The notes below the pieces were generated by a model that saw nothing but the letters and a program-made list of their open reading frames with translations, did no database searches and was not told the origin of the DNA. A program made the translations under genes and the position numbers. A stretch of DNA of 64,000 nucleotides from an uncultured Gemmatimonadales bacterium (lineage in GTDB: Bacteria; Gemmatimonadota; Gemmatimonadetes; Gemmatimonadales; GWC2-71-9). Where the stretch lies: contig CAWGSK010000008.1 of NCBI GenBank assembly GCA_963825055.1, positions 53,818-117,817 of the forward strand, read 5' to 3'. Shown piece by piece: positions 20,941 to 30,879 of this stretch (its first letter is position 1; each line of letters opens with the position of its first letter).

Positions 20941-22368
20941 ATGCGCCGAGTGTGGTTGCTGGCAGGTCTGGTGTTCCTCGCAGGGTGTGACAATTCGCTG
21001 TTCAAGGCCCACGCAGACGTGGCGGCCGAGGCGGCGGGACAGGACCTCACGAGCGAGCGGCTGGCCGCCATCATGGGCGACACGAAGGGAATCCGGATCA
21101 CCCGGGATGCCGCGGAAATGGTGAGCAATATCTGGATCGACTATACGCTGTTCTCCCAGGCCGTGGCCAGGGGGACGATCCCGACCGACTCGGCGTCGAT
21201 CGCCGAGGCGATGTGGGCCAGGATCGCCGAGATCCGCGGATCCCGCTGGTTCGACACGCTGGTGGCGCGGCAGGCCACGGCCAGGCCGGCCGATGCCGAC
21301 CGGTTCTATGCGGCCGACTCGGCGCGCGTGCTGCAGCACATCCTCTTCCGGGTCGAGCCGAGCGCGGAGCCGCCGGCCAAGGCGAAGGCCAGGCGCGCCG
21401 CTGAGGCGACCCTGGCCCGTATCCGGGCGGGTGCCGACTTCGGCTCCCTCGCCACGGAACTTTCCGGCGATCCCGGCAGTGCCCGTGACAGCGGCTACTA
21501 CCCGCCGACGCCGCGAGGCACGTTCGTCACCGCGTTCGACAGCGCCGGCTGGGCGCTCGGGCCGGGAGAAGTGAGCGGCGTGGTGGAAACGCCGTTCGGG
21601 TACCACATCATCAAGCGGCCGACGCAGCAGCAGGCACAGGCGCGGATCCTGAACTACCTGCAGACCGCCGCGGGCGCGCAGGTGGACTCGCTCTACCGGG
21701 ACAGCCTCGCCAGGGTACGGGACCTCAAGGTGTCGGGTGACGCGCCGGCGCTGATCCGCGGCGCCGTCACCGATCCGCAGGGTGCCGCGAACTCCTCCAA
21801 GACCGTCGCGAGCTGGAAGGGCGGGAAGTTCACCCAGGGCGACCTGATGCGCTGGATCTACGCGCTGCCGCCGCAGGCGGTATCACAGGCCAACCAGGCG
21901 CCGGATGAGCAGCTGGCCCAGTTCGCCCGGCTGCTGGCCGAGAACGAGTTGCTGCTCCGCGAGGCAGCGGAGCAGGGAATCGGCCTGACCCCGGATGAAT
22001 GGCAGACGATGCAGCAGGAGTATCGTGCCGAGGTCGACACGCTGGAGGTCGTGCTCGGCCTGGGCCAGGACGTGACCGACTCCAGCGTGGCGAAAGATGA
22101 GCGCTCGAAGGTTGCCGCGCTCAAGATGGAGCAGTATTTCGACGGCCTGGTGAAGGGTACCAGCCGGGTCCGCCGGCTGCCGGCGCCGCTCAGCACCATC
22201 CTGCGCAAGCAGGGGAAATGGAAAATTAATGAAGCGGGACTGACCCATGCCGTGGAGATCGCCGAGGCCGCCAAGGGCCCGGATTCGACCGCCGCGCCGG
22301 CGCCGGGCGGGATGCAGCCCGCCCCGGGCGCGCCGCCCCTGGCGCCGGACTCCGGCGCCGGGAAGTAG
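20941..22368 (+). CDS. Lipoprotein peptidyl-prolyl isomerase (PpiC/SurA-like)
   Basis: Lipobox 'LAGC'; 'HILF', 'SGDPGSA', 'VETPFGYHIIK'; RBS AGGAG. Confidence 0.85.
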   Translation: MRRVWLLAGLVFLAGCDNSLFKAHADVAAEAAGQDLTSERLAAIMGDTKGIRITRDAAEMVSNIWIDYTLFSQAVARGTIPTDSASIAEAMWARIAEIRGSRWFDTLVARQATARPADADRFYAADSARVLQHILFRVEPSAEPPAKAKARRAAEATLARIRAGADFGSLATELSGDPGSARDSGYYPPTPRGTFVTAFDSAGWALGPGEVSGVVETPFGYHIIKRPTQQQAQARILNYLQTAAGAQVDSLYRDSLARVRDLKVSGDAPALIRGAVTDPQGAANSSKTVASWKGGKFTQGDLMRWIYALPPQAVSQANQAPDEQLAQFARLLAENELLLREAAEQGIGLTPDEWQTMQQEYRAEVDTLEVVLGLGQDVTDSSVAKDERSKVAALKMEQYFDGLVKGTSRVRRLPAPLSTILRKQGKWKINEAGLTHAVEIAEAAKGPDSTAAPAPGGMQPAPGAPPLAPDSGAGK

Positions 22369-22393
22369 TCGCAGCAGCGGAGGAGCAGGAATC

Positions 22394-23713
22394 ATGAACA
22401 CACGCACACTCGTCCTGGCACTCGCACTGGGCTGGGCGGCCCCCGCGGCCGCCCAGGCCCCGGTGATTCCCGACAGCGCTGCGGTGGACTACATCGTAGC
22501 GGTGGTCGGGAATTCCGCCATCCTGAACTCGCAGGTGGCGGAGGAGATGTTCCAGCAGCAGAGCGGCGGCCGGACCATCCCGACGGACCCGGAAGGCCAG
22601 GCCGCGGTCCGGCGCGAGATCATCAACGACCTGATCGACGTCGAGCTGGCCGTCCAGCAGGCACAGCGGGACACCACCATTCGCGTCACGCCCGAAGAAG
22701 TGGCGACTGCCGTGGAGCAGCAGGTCCAGAATCTCCGCAAGCGCATCCCATCGGAACTGGACTACCGGAATGAACTCAAGAAGGCGGGCTTCGCGACGCC
22801 GGAGGAATACCGCCGCTGGCTGACGGACCAGCAGCGGCGGGTGCTCCTGCACAACAAGCTGATCGACCATCTGCGCCAGAGCGGGAAGCTGGAACCGGTC
22901 TCGCCCACCGAGCAGGAGATGCGGGACTACTTCGACCAGGCGAAGGGGAACCTCGGCAAGCGCCCCGCCACCATCAGCTTCCGGCAGATCGTCGTGGCGC
23001 CGCAGCCGTCTCCCGCGGCGAAGCAGGCGGCGAAGCAGCTCGCGGATTCCATCGCCACGGCGCTCCGGGAGAATGGCGGCGACTTCGCCACCGCGGCACG
23101 CCGCTTCAGCGACGATCCCGGCTCACGGGACAAGGGTGGCGACCTCGGCTGGTTCCGCCGCGAGGCCATGATCCCCGAGTTCAGCCGGGTGGCCTTCCTC
23201 CTCAAGCCCGGTGTCATCAGCCAGCCCGTGGAGAGCCCGTTCGGCTATCACATCATCCAGGTGGAGCGGTCGCAGCCGACCGAAGTGCAGGCCCGGCACA
23301 TCCTGATCACCCCGAAGGTGACCGATGTCGAGGTGGACAGCGCCAAGGCGCGCGCGGAGCGGATCCTGGCCCAGGTGAAGGCCGGCGCGTCATTCGACTC
23401 ACTACAGCGCCTCTACCACGATGGTGCCGAGGAAAAGGGAGTCGATGACGTGCCCGTCGGCCAGTTGCCCGACCCGTACCCGTCGGTCCTGGCCACCGCC
23501 GACAGCGGGGCCGTGGTGCCGCTCGAGTTGGCGGGGCAGGGTGACGCGCACGGCAAGTACGCCGTCATCCAGGTGACCGGGCGGAAGACCGAGGGTGACG
23601 TGCGGTTCGAGGACGTGCGGGACGTCATCCGCCAGCGCCTCAGCCGTGACCTGTCGCTGCGCCGGTATTATGACCGCCTTCGCGAACACGCCTACATCGA
23701 CATCCGGATTTGA
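22394..23713 (+). CDS. surA: SurA-like periplasmic chaperone/PPIase
   Basis: 'VDYIVAVVG' SurA N-terminus; 'SDDPGSRDKGGDLGW', 'ESPFGYHII'; directly upstream of pdxA. Confidence 0.75.
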   Translation: MNTRTLVLALALGWAAPAAAQAPVIPDSAAVDYIVAVVGNSAILNSQVAEEMFQQQSGGRTIPTDPEGQAAVRREIINDLIDVELAVQQAQRDTTIRVTPEEVATAVEQQVQNLRKRIPSELDYRNELKKAGFATPEEYRRWLTDQQRRVLLHNKLIDHLRQSGKLEPVSPTEQEMRDYFDQAKGNLGKRPATISFRQIVVAPQPSPAAKQAAKQLADSIATALRENGGDFATAARRFSDDPGSRDKGGDLGWFRREAMIPEFSRVAFLLKPGVISQPVESPFGYHIIQVERSQPTEVQARHILITPKVTDVEVDSAKARAERILAQVKAGASFDSLQRLYHDGAEEKGVDDVPVGQLPDPYPSVLATADSGAVVPLELAGQGDAHGKYAVIQVTGRKTEGDVRFEDVRDVIRQRLSRDLSLRRYYDRLREHAYIDIRI

Positions 23714-24651
23714 GCCCCAGGATCGCTGTCACGCTGGGCGATCCGCGGGGGATCGGCCCGGAGATCACCGCAAAGGCGCTGGCCGAGCCGCTGGACGCCG
23801 AGGTGACGGTGATCGGCGCGGAAGACCAGGTGGCCGCCGTTCCGGCGGACCATCGCATGGCGGTCGGTGCCTGGGGCCAGGGGTCGGGTGACGGGCCGCC
23901 GGGTCCGCCCCAGCGCCCCCGCGCCATCCGGGCCGGCGCCCTCACCGGCCATGCCATCGAAGCCGCCGCCCGTCTCGCCAACGAAGGCCGGGCAGACGCC
24001 ATCGTCACCGCTCCCGCCAACAAGCAGGCACTCCACCTCGCCGGATTCCCCTGGCCGGGCCATACCGAGTGGCTCGCGCACCTCGCCGGGGACGTCGATG
24101 TCGCCATGATGCTCGCGGCCGACCGGCTGCGCGTCGTCCTGGTGACCACGCATGTGGCGCTCCGCGACGTTCCTGCGCTGATTACGGTGGACCGCGTGGT
24201 CCGCACCGGTACGGTCACGCGCCGCGCCCTGACGGAGTGGTTCGGGATCGCTGACCCCCGGCTGGCCGTGTGCGCGCTCAACCCGCATGGGGGGGAGGGT
24301 GGCCTCTTCGGCGACGAGGACGAGCGGGTGCTGGCGCCCGCCGCAGCCCGGCTGGGTGCGGCGGGCCCGCTGCCGGCCGACACGGTGTTCGTGCGGGCCA
24401 TGCGGGGGGAGTTCGACGCGGTGCTGGCACCGTATCATGACGTCGGCATGACCGCCATCAAGGTCGCGGCGTTCGGGCGGGGCGTGAACGTGACGCTGGG
24501 CCTGCCATGGCCCCGGACGTCTCCGGACCACGGCACGGCGTTCGACATCGCGGGGCAGGGGGTGGCCGATGCCACGAGCATGCGGCAGGCGCTGGAACTT
24601 GCGGTGAAACTCGCGCAGGGACGAGCCGTCGCCGCCCATCGGAACGACTGA
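23710..24651 (+). CDS. pdxA: 4-hydroxythreonine-4-phosphate dehydrogenase
   Basis: 'TLGDPRGIGPE', 'GHTE', 'LNPHGGEGG', 'YHD', 'RTSPDHGTAFDIAG'. Confidence 0.95.
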   Translation: MSPRIAVTLGDPRGIGPEITAKALAEPLDAEVTVIGAEDQVAAVPADHRMAVGAWGQGSGDGPPGPPQRPRAIRAGALTGHAIEAAARLANEGRADAIVTAPANKQALHLAGFPWPGHTEWLAHLAGDVDVAMMLAADRLRVVLVTTHVALRDVPALITVDRVVRTGTVTRRALTEWFGIADPRLAVCALNPHGGEGGLFGDEDERVLAPAAARLGAAGPLPADTVFVRAMRGEFDAVLAPYHDVGMTAIKVAAFGRGVNVTLGLPWPRTSPDHGTAFDIAGQGVADATSMRQALELAVKLAQGRAVAAHRND

Positions 24652-24688
24652 ACCACTCGTCGCGCGTTTGCGCCTCGTAAACAACCTT

Positions 24689-24782
24689 ACCACAAAGGGC
24701 ACAAAGTACACGAAGGGGGCCGCGTACCGGCCCTCCCGTTTCGTCTTTTTCTGTTTCTTGTGTTCTTAGCGTCCTTTGTGGT
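24689..24782. repeat. Inverted nonamer-type element ACCACAAAGGGCACAAAGTACACGAAG ... CTTGTGTTCTTAGCGTCCTTTGTGGT
   Basis: Perfect 10-bp terminal inverted repeat ACCACAAAGG/CCTTTGTGGT between convergent genes. Confidence 0.75.
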
Positions 24783-24803
24783 GAAGCTGTTGCCTGCTGG
24801 CGC

Positions 24804-26144
24804 TCAGGCCTGGGGGGTGCCCGCGGCCTGGTCTTCCCGCCGGATCATGCGGACCTTCCTGACGCGCCGGTTGTCCATCCCTGTAATCTCGAACACCAGT
24901 CCATCCGTCCGGACCCGGTCGCCCACGCGGGGAAGCCGGCCGAGGCATCCGAAGAGATAGCCGCCGAGGGTGGTGTAGCTGGTGTCGTCCAGCTCGGCGT
25001 CGTACTCGTTGTTGAAGTCCCCGATGGTCATCGCCCCGTCGATTTCCGCAGTGTCTCCGTCCTCCGGCGTCTCCGAATCCATCCGGTCGTATTCGTCGTA
25101 GATCTCGCCGACGATCTCCTCCAGCAGGTCCTCCATGGTGACGAGCCCCGCCGTTCCGCCGTACTCGTCGAGTACGATGGCCAGGTGGACCTTGAGCCGC
25201 TTCATGTCGGCGAGGACGTCCTCCACTTCGCGCGTGCCCGGCACGAACAGCGGGGGCCGCGCGATCGTCGAGACCCGGGCCTCCGGATTGGTGCGCAGCG
25301 TGATCAGAATGTCCTTCGTGTGGACGACCCCGGTGATTTCGTCGATCGACTCGGTGTAAACCGGATAGCGCGACCGTCTCGCGGCGGCCACCTCGTCCGC
25401 CGCCTCTGCCACCGTGAGACCGCTGGCCAGTGCCACCACCTGGGTGCGGGGCGTCATCACGTCCTCGGCGGTCTTCTCGGTGAACTCGAAGACCCCTTCC
25501 AGCAGGCGCGCGTCCTCGCCCTCGAGTCGTCCGCTCTCCTCGCTCTGCTCCACCAGCATGCGGATCTCCTCCGGCGAGTGCACGCGCTCGTGCTCGCTGG
25601 GCGGCTTGATCCGGAAGAGGCGCAGCAGGGCGCTGGCGGTCCCGTTGAGCCCGGCGATCGGAACAGCCATGACCCACGAGAACCCGATCAGCGGGAGCGA
25701 GACCCATGCGCTCAGCTTCTCCGGGAACAGGAGGGCCAGGGCCTTGGGTACCAGCTCACCGATGATGATGTGCAGTACGGTGATAATGCTGAACGCGATA
25801 ACCGCGGCGACGGTGTGGGTTGCAATGGCAGCGGCCGTGGCCGGCAGCCAGGCGAAGCCGCGCTCGATCAGGTGCGCAAGGGCGGGTTCGCCGATCCACC
25901 CCAGGCCGAGCGACGCGAGAGTGATGCCGAGCTGGGTGGAACTGATGTAGCGGTCGAGGTGTTTGACGGCCCGGGCCGCCGCGCGCGCGCCGGGCCCCCC
26001 CGTCCGGGCCTGTTCGTCGAGCCGGGTATGGCGCGCGCCGACCAGCGAGAACTCGGCGGCCACAAAGAAGGCATTGGCGAGCACCAGCAGTACGACGGAG
26101 ACCAGCCCGAAAACGATGGACCCCGTACTTGAAGGATCGTCCAT
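24804..26144 (-). CDS. Hemolysin-family CNNM/CBS/CorC transporter
   Basis: 'NAFFVAAEF', 'QLGITLASLGLG', 'GELVPK', 'DEYGGTAGLVTMEDLLEEIVGEI', 'TLGG'. Confidence 0.92.
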   Translation of the reverse strand: MDDPSSTGSIVFGLVSVVLLVLANAFFVAAEFSLVGARHTRLDEQARTGGPGARAAARAVKHLDRYISSTQLGITLASLGLGWIGEPALAHLIERGFAWLPATAAAIATHTVAAVIAFSIITVLHIIIGELVPKALALLFPEKLSAWVSLPLIGFSWVMAVPIAGLNGTASALLRLFRIKPPSEHERVHSPEEIRMLVEQSEESGRLEGEDARLLEGVFEFTEKTAEDVMTPRTQVVALASGLTVAEAADEVAAARRSRYPVYTESIDEITGVVHTKDILITLRTNPEARVSTIARPPLFVPGTREVEDVLADMKRLKVHLAIVLDEYGGTAGLVTMEDLLEEIVGEIYDEYDRMDSETPEDGDTAEIDGAMTIGDFNNEYDAELDDTSYTTLGGYLFGCLGRLPRVGDRVRTDGLVFEITGMDNRRVRKVRMIRREDQAAGTPQA

Positions 26145-26277
26145 GCCCTAACGGTAATACGGTCGGGGCTGCCGGACAGCGCCGGCGGGCAAACTGCAAG
26201 CGGCCAAACGGGTTAGGGACGGCGAGGACGTGACGGTCGTCCTTGATGGCCCGGTCGGGCCTCCTAGATTGCGGGGC

Positions 26278-27171
26278 ATGGCAGCGATACCGCAGGACTG
26301 CGTGACTCCCCCCGTGGCGGGGAATACCCGGCGGCTGTGGCTCGTACTCGGGATCACCGGGCTGGTATTCCTGGTGGAGGCGATCGGCGGCTGGCTGGCC
26401 GGGTCCCTCGCACTCCTGGCCGACGCGGGTCACATGCTGACCGACCTTGGCGCCATCGCCCTTTCCCTTTTCTCCGTGTACATGGCCCGGCGGCCCGCCG
26501 ACGTCGACAAGACCTACGGGTACCTCCGCTGGGAGATCCTGGCGGCCCTCATCAACGGCGCCGCCCTGTTCGGGATCGCGGTGTGGGTGGTGGTGGAGGC
26601 CATCGGCCGCCTGAGCGAACCGACACCCATCCGGACCGGCCTCTTCCTCATGGTCGCGTCCATCGGCCTGGTCGCCAACCTCGTCTCCCTGGGGCTCCTG
26701 CACCGGCACAGCTCGGGCAGCCTCAACGCCCGCGGGGTCTATCTGCACGTCATGAGTGACGCCCTGGGGTCGGTCTCAGCGCTGGGGGCGGCCGGGATCA
26801 TTGCCTTGACCGGGTGGATGGCGGCGGACCCGATCGTCTCCATCCTGCTGTCGCTGCTGATCCTGCGGGGGGCGTGGCGGCTGGTGAGGGAGAGCACGGA
26901 CGTCCTCCTGGAGGCCGTCCCGCGGGGGATGGACATGTCCGAGGTCCGGGGGCGGATGCTCGAGGTTCCCGGCGTGTCGGCGGTGCACGATGTTCATGTA
27001 TGGACAGTGGGGAGCGGGATGGTCGCCATGAGCGGGCACGCCGTTGTGCCTGACCTGGAGCGTCATCCAGGCGTCCTGGAGGAGTTGCGGGTGGGGCTGC
27101 TCGACCTTGGTATCTGTCATGTCACGGTGCAGGTGGAAGTGACCAATACCTGTGCCGCCGCCGGGGGGTGA
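26278..27171 (+). CDS. Cation diffusion facilitator (CzcD/ZitB-like)
   Basis: 'SLALLADAGHMLTD', 'TYGYLRWEILAALING', 'HVMSD', 'VHDVHVW'. Confidence 0.92.
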   Translation: MAAIPQDCVTPPVAGNTRRLWLVLGITGLVFLVEAIGGWLAGSLALLADAGHMLTDLGAIALSLFSVYMARRPADVDKTYGYLRWEILAALINGAALFGIAVWVVVEAIGRLSEPTPIRTGLFLMVASIGLVANLVSLGLLHRHSSGSLNARGVYLHVMSDALGSVSALGAAGIIALTGWMAADPIVSILLSLLILRGAWRLVRESTDVLLEAVPRGMDMSEVRGRMLEVPGVSAVHDVHVWTVGSGMVAMSGHAVVPDLERHPGVLEELRVGLLDLGICHVTVQVEVTNTCAAAGG

Positions 27172-27294
27172 CCGGGCCGCGGCCCCGACCACCTTGCCCC
27201 CTGCCATACCCCGCACTATATATGGCCGCCGCAGGTGGGCGCCCGGCGGATGCCGGTGCGTCCAGCGGCGAGTTTTCAGGGTAAGCAGGGCATT

Positions 27295-29136
27295 GTGATC
27301 AGGAATCTGGCAATCATCGCGCACGTTGACCACGGCAAGACCACCCTGGTGGATCAAATGCTGCGGCAGGCGGGCGCGTTTCGCGCAAACCAGCACGTGG
27401 AAGAGCGGGTGATGGACTCCAACCCGCTCGAGCGGGAGCGGGGGATCACCATCCTCTCGAAGAACACTGCCATTCGCTGGGGCGGGCACAAGATCAACAT
27501 CGTGGATACGCCCGGCCACGCCGATTTCGGCGGTGAGGTCGAGCGGATTCTCCGCATGGTGGACGGGGTCCTGATCCTGGTGGATGCCGCCGAAGGCCCG
27601 ATGCCGCAGACCCGGTTCGTCACGCGGAAGGCGCTGGAACTTGGCCTCCTGCCGATCGTGGCGATCAACAAGATCGACCGGGCGGACGCCGAGCCCCTCC
27701 GGGTGCATGACGAGGTCCTGGACCTCTTCATCGAGCTCGAGGCCAGCCCGGCCCAGCTCGACGCGCCGTTCCTGTACACCTCGAGCCGGGCGGGCACCGC
27801 CACGCACGAGCTGGAGGAACCGGGCACGACACTGGAACCGCTGTTTCAGACCATCCTGGACCACATCCCGGGCCCCTCCGGCGACCCGGACGGCCCGTTC
27901 CAGATGCTGGTCTCGACGCTCGACTATTCCACCTTCCTGGGCCGGATGGCCATCGGGCGGGTCGAGCGGGGCCGGGTGCACGTTGGCGACCAGGTGGCCC
28001 TGCTCCCGTACGGCGAGCCCGGGCTCGTGACGGACGCCACAGTCCCGAAGGGGCGGATCACCAAGCTTTCGACCTTCGAGGGCCTGGCCCGGGTGGATAT
28101 CGAGGAAGCCGTGGCCGGCGACATCGTGGTGGTCTCGGGCATCGCAGAGATCGAGATCGGCAAGACCCTGACCGCCGTGGACACACCAGAGCGGCTGGCC
28201 GGGATCGCGGTGGAGGAGCCGACCATCTCGGTGGACGTGCTGGTCAACACCAGCCCATTCGCGGGACGCGAGGGGAAGTACGTCACCAGCCGGCAGGTTC
28301 GCGAGCGTCTCTTCAAGGAGCTCGAGCGGAACGTGGCCCTGCGGGTGGAGGAGACCGACTCCCCCGACACGCACACCGTGTCCGGTCGGGGGGAATTGCA
28401 CCTCTCGATTCTGATGGAAACGATGCGCCGGGAGGGCTATGAGTTCCAGGTCTCCCGGCCGCGGGTGATCACCCGGACGGGTCCGGACGGCACGAGGCTG
28501 GAACCGTACGAGGAGCTGATGATCGACGTTCCCGAGGACCACGTCGGGACGGTGATCGAGAAGCTCGGCCCCCGCCGCTCGGAACTGCTGGAGATGAAGA
28601 ATCCCGGGCAGAGCATGGTGCGTATGATGTTCCGCATCCCGGCGCGCGGGCTCTTCGGATACCGGTCGGAGTTTCTGACCGACACACGCGGCACCGGGAT
28701 CATGCATCATCGGTTCCTGGATTACGGGCCGTGGGCCGGGTCCCTGGCGGGGCGCAAGAACGGCGTCCTGGTGGCCGACCGCGAGGGCTCGGCGGTTGCG
28801 TACGCCCTCGGGGGCCTGCAGGAGCGGGCCCAGATGTTCGTGGCCCCGGGGGACCACGTCTACGGGGGCATGATCGCGGGCGAGAGCAGCCGCCCGGGCG
28901 ACCTGGACGTGAACGTCACGAAGGAAAAGAAACTGACGAACATGCGCACGACGGCCAGCGACGAAAACGTCATCCTCGAGCCGCCGCGCCAGATCACCCT
29001 GGAGTACGCGCTGGAGTACATCGAGGAGGACGAGCTGATCGAGATTACGCCACAGTCCATCCGCCTGCGCAAGCGGGCGCTGGATGTGCATGACCGTAAA
29101 CGCGCTGCCCGGGCCGCCCGGGCTGATGCATCATGA
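27295..29136 (+). CDS. typA: Translational GTPase TypA/BipA
   Basis: 'RNLAIIAHVDHGKTTLVD', 'GRGELHL', 'KKLTNMR', 'EITPQSIRLRK'. Confidence 0.97.
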   Translation: MIRNLAIIAHVDHGKTTLVDQMLRQAGAFRANQHVEERVMDSNPLERERGITILSKNTAIRWGGHKINIVDTPGHADFGGEVERILRMVDGVLILVDAAEGPMPQTRFVTRKALELGLLPIVAINKIDRADAEPLRVHDEVLDLFIELEASPAQLDAPFLYTSSRAGTATHELEEPGTTLEPLFQTILDHIPGPSGDPDGPFQMLVSTLDYSTFLGRMAIGRVERGRVHVGDQVALLPYGEPGLVTDATVPKGRITKLSTFEGLARVDIEEAVAGDIVVVSGIAEIEIGKTLTAVDTPERLAGIAVEEPTISVDVLVNTSPFAGREGKYVTSRQVRERLFKELERNVALRVEETDSPDTHTVSGRGELHLSILMETMRREGYEFQVSRPRVITRTGPDGTRLEPYEELMIDVPEDHVGTVIEKLGPRRSELLEMKNPGQSMVRMMFRIPARGLFGYRSEFLTDTRGTGIMHHRFLDYGPWAGSLAGRKNGVLVADREGSAVAYALGGLQERAQMFVAPGDHVYGGMIAGESSRPGDLDVNVTKEKKLTNMRTTASDENVILEPPRQITLEYALEYIEEDELIEITPQSIRLRKRALDVHDRKRAARAARADAS

Positions 29137-29152
29137 TGGTGAGGATCCCTGC

Positions 29153-29422
29153 ATGACCGACACAACACTGCTTCTGGAGGAAACCATGCCGGCCTGGGAT
29201 GCGTCGATGGAAGCCCTCGAGCTGCGTCGCAAGTTTGATGACGACGAGGATCTCGAGGAGGACAGCATCGACCTCGAGGACGATGAGGAGGACGAAGACC
29301 TGGACGACGAGGACGACGACTTCGACGACGACGATGATTTCGATGACGACGAGGAAGAGGACTACAGCCTCGGCGACTACGACGATGACGACGACGACGA
29401 TTCCCCCCGCCGCCGGCACTAG
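29153..29422 (+). CDS. Small, extremely acidic (Asp/Glu) hypothetical protein
   Basis: ATG after GAGG; long GAC/GAG tract; basic end 'PRRRH'. Confidence 0.6.
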   Translation: MTDTTLLLEETMPAWDASMEALELRRKFDDDEDLEEDSIDLEDDEEDEDLDDEDDDFDDDDDFDDDEEEDYSLGDYDDDDDDDSPRRRH

Positions 29423-29436
29423 CACGCGGACCAGGC

Positions 29437-29480
29437 CCTCACCCCCGAGGGTTGCGCCCCCGGGGGTGAGGCGGTAAAAT
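29437..29480 (+). promoter_or_regulatory. Hairpin CCTCACCCCCG/CGGGGGTGAGG overlapping a putative tRNA promoter TTGCGC-N17-TAAAAT
   Basis: 11-bp perfect stem at 29437-29447 / 29461-29471; -35 at 29452, -10 at 29475. Confidence 0.5.
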
Positions 29481-29496
29481 CCCGTCCCCGAAGCCC

Positions 29497-29570
<74 letters not shown>

Positions 29571-29573
29571 TGG

Positions 29574-29669
29574 AACTGCAGTGAGTAGCGAGTAGTGGCA
29601 CACGAGCAAGCCCCCGGTGACCTGAGGTCTTCCCGGGGGCTTTTCACTGTCCGCTATTCGCTACTCGCT
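29574..29669. repeat. Composite hairpin: (AGTAGCG)-type heptamer arms around AAGCCCCCGG...CCGGGGGCTTTT (terminator-like for the tRNA)
   Basis: Inner GC stem followed by a T-tract; outer heptamer arms. Confidence 0.75.
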
Positions 29670-29685
29670 GCCGAACTGGCTCCCC

Positions 29686-30174
29686 TCAGTCATCATCCCG
29701 CTCTCCCCTTACCATCTCGGCCCCGGCCGTATGCACCGACGCGGCGCCGTAACGATACACCAGTTCGCCGCCGGAGTGGCCGACGCTGGCGCCGACTGCG
29801 ACAAGGCCCAGGGCGCCGACGACGGCCGTCATCCGGACAACCGACCCGATCCTTCCCCTGACCAGCCCGGCACCGGTCAGGAGCATCAGGCCGGCCGACA
29901 GCGTGAGGAACAGCTCCGCCCGTTCTTCATGGCTTTCGACCGGTGCCTCCGCCACGGTTTCTTCCACCGCTTCCCCCTGTGACTCACCGGTCTCGACCGC
30001 GAGCCAGGCACTTCCCGCGAGCGCGGCGGCCGTGACCAGGGGAATCGCCCACGCACGGAGCGGATCAGCACCACGTCGGATCCGCCAGAGGGCAAACAGT
30101 CCGGCAAGGGGCAGCAGGAACATGAGGACGATCGGAAAATGGACGACGGCCGGGTGCAGCGGATCGGGTAGCAT
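29686..30174 (-). CDS. DUF2231-family membrane protein
   Basis: 'PLHPAVVHFPI', four hydrophobic segments, 'GHSGGELVYRYG'. Confidence 0.8.
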   Translation of the reverse strand: MLPDPLHPAVVHFPIVLMFLLPLAGLFALWRIRRGADPLRAWAIPLVTAAALAGSAWLAVETGESQGEAVEETVAEAPVESHEERAELFLTLSAGLMLLTGAGLVRGRIGSVVRMTAVVGALGLVAVGASVGHSGGELVYRYGAASVHTAGAEMVRGERDDD

Positions 30175-30288
30175 GTATGGCTCCGGTAAGGGGTTCGAGC
30201 AGAGGATGCCACTTTCCGGCGGGCCATGCTATCCGACATTCGACGCGATTCCGCTGATTTCCGGGTATTTTGGTAGCATATCCGGCAG

Positions 30289-30879
30289 ATGACGGAGTCA
30301 TCAATGGCTGAATCCGCTCCAAACCACGTCAGGGTGCCACTGACCGTCCTCCTCCTGGCCATCGCGGCCGGGGGCATGGTCGACCTCATCCTGGACCAGC
30401 CGGAATCCTGGCTGTCGCTCCACGTGCTCTATGAGGTGGGCCTGGTTCTCGCCGGCCTGGTCACCACCGCATGGCTCTGGCGCGGGTGGGGAAGGGCGGA
30501 GGAGTCGGCAGGCCGGCTCCGCCGGAGCCTGGAGGAACGCCAGGCCGAGCGTGATGCCTGGCGCGTACGGGCGGAGCGGGCCCTGGAAGGACTCGGCCGC
30601 GCGGTCGATGAGCAATTCGAACTCTGGCAGCTCACTCCCGCCGAACGCGGGGTCGCGCTGCTGCTGCTCAAGGGGCACGGCCTGAAGCAGATCGCGGGGC
30701 TCACTCGACGCAGTGAGCGCACCGCGCGCCAGCATGCCGTCGCGGTGTACCAGAAGTCCGGCCTTCAGGGACGGGCGGAGCTGGCGGCGTTCTTCCTGGA
30801 GGGGATACCGGATGTGCACGGGACAGGGAACAGGCAACAGCGAAAGGGAACAGTGGCGCAGATAGCGAGTAGCGAGTAG
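30289..30879 (+). CDS. Membrane-anchored LuxR-type HTH regulator
   Basis: Two TM segments, coiled coil, 'WQLTPAERGVALLLLKGHGLKQIA...SERTARQH..AVYQKSGL.GRAEL'; start 30289 or 30304. Confidence 0.85.
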   Translation: MTESSMAESAPNHVRVPLTVLLLAIAAGGMVDLILDQPESWLSLHVLYEVGLVLAGLVTTAWLWRGWGRAEESAGRLRRSLEERQAERDAWRVRAERALEGLGRAVDEQFELWQLTPAERGVALLLLKGHGLKQIAGLTRRSERTARQHAVAVYQKSGLQGRAELAAFFLEGIPDVHGTGNRQQRKGTVAQIASSE

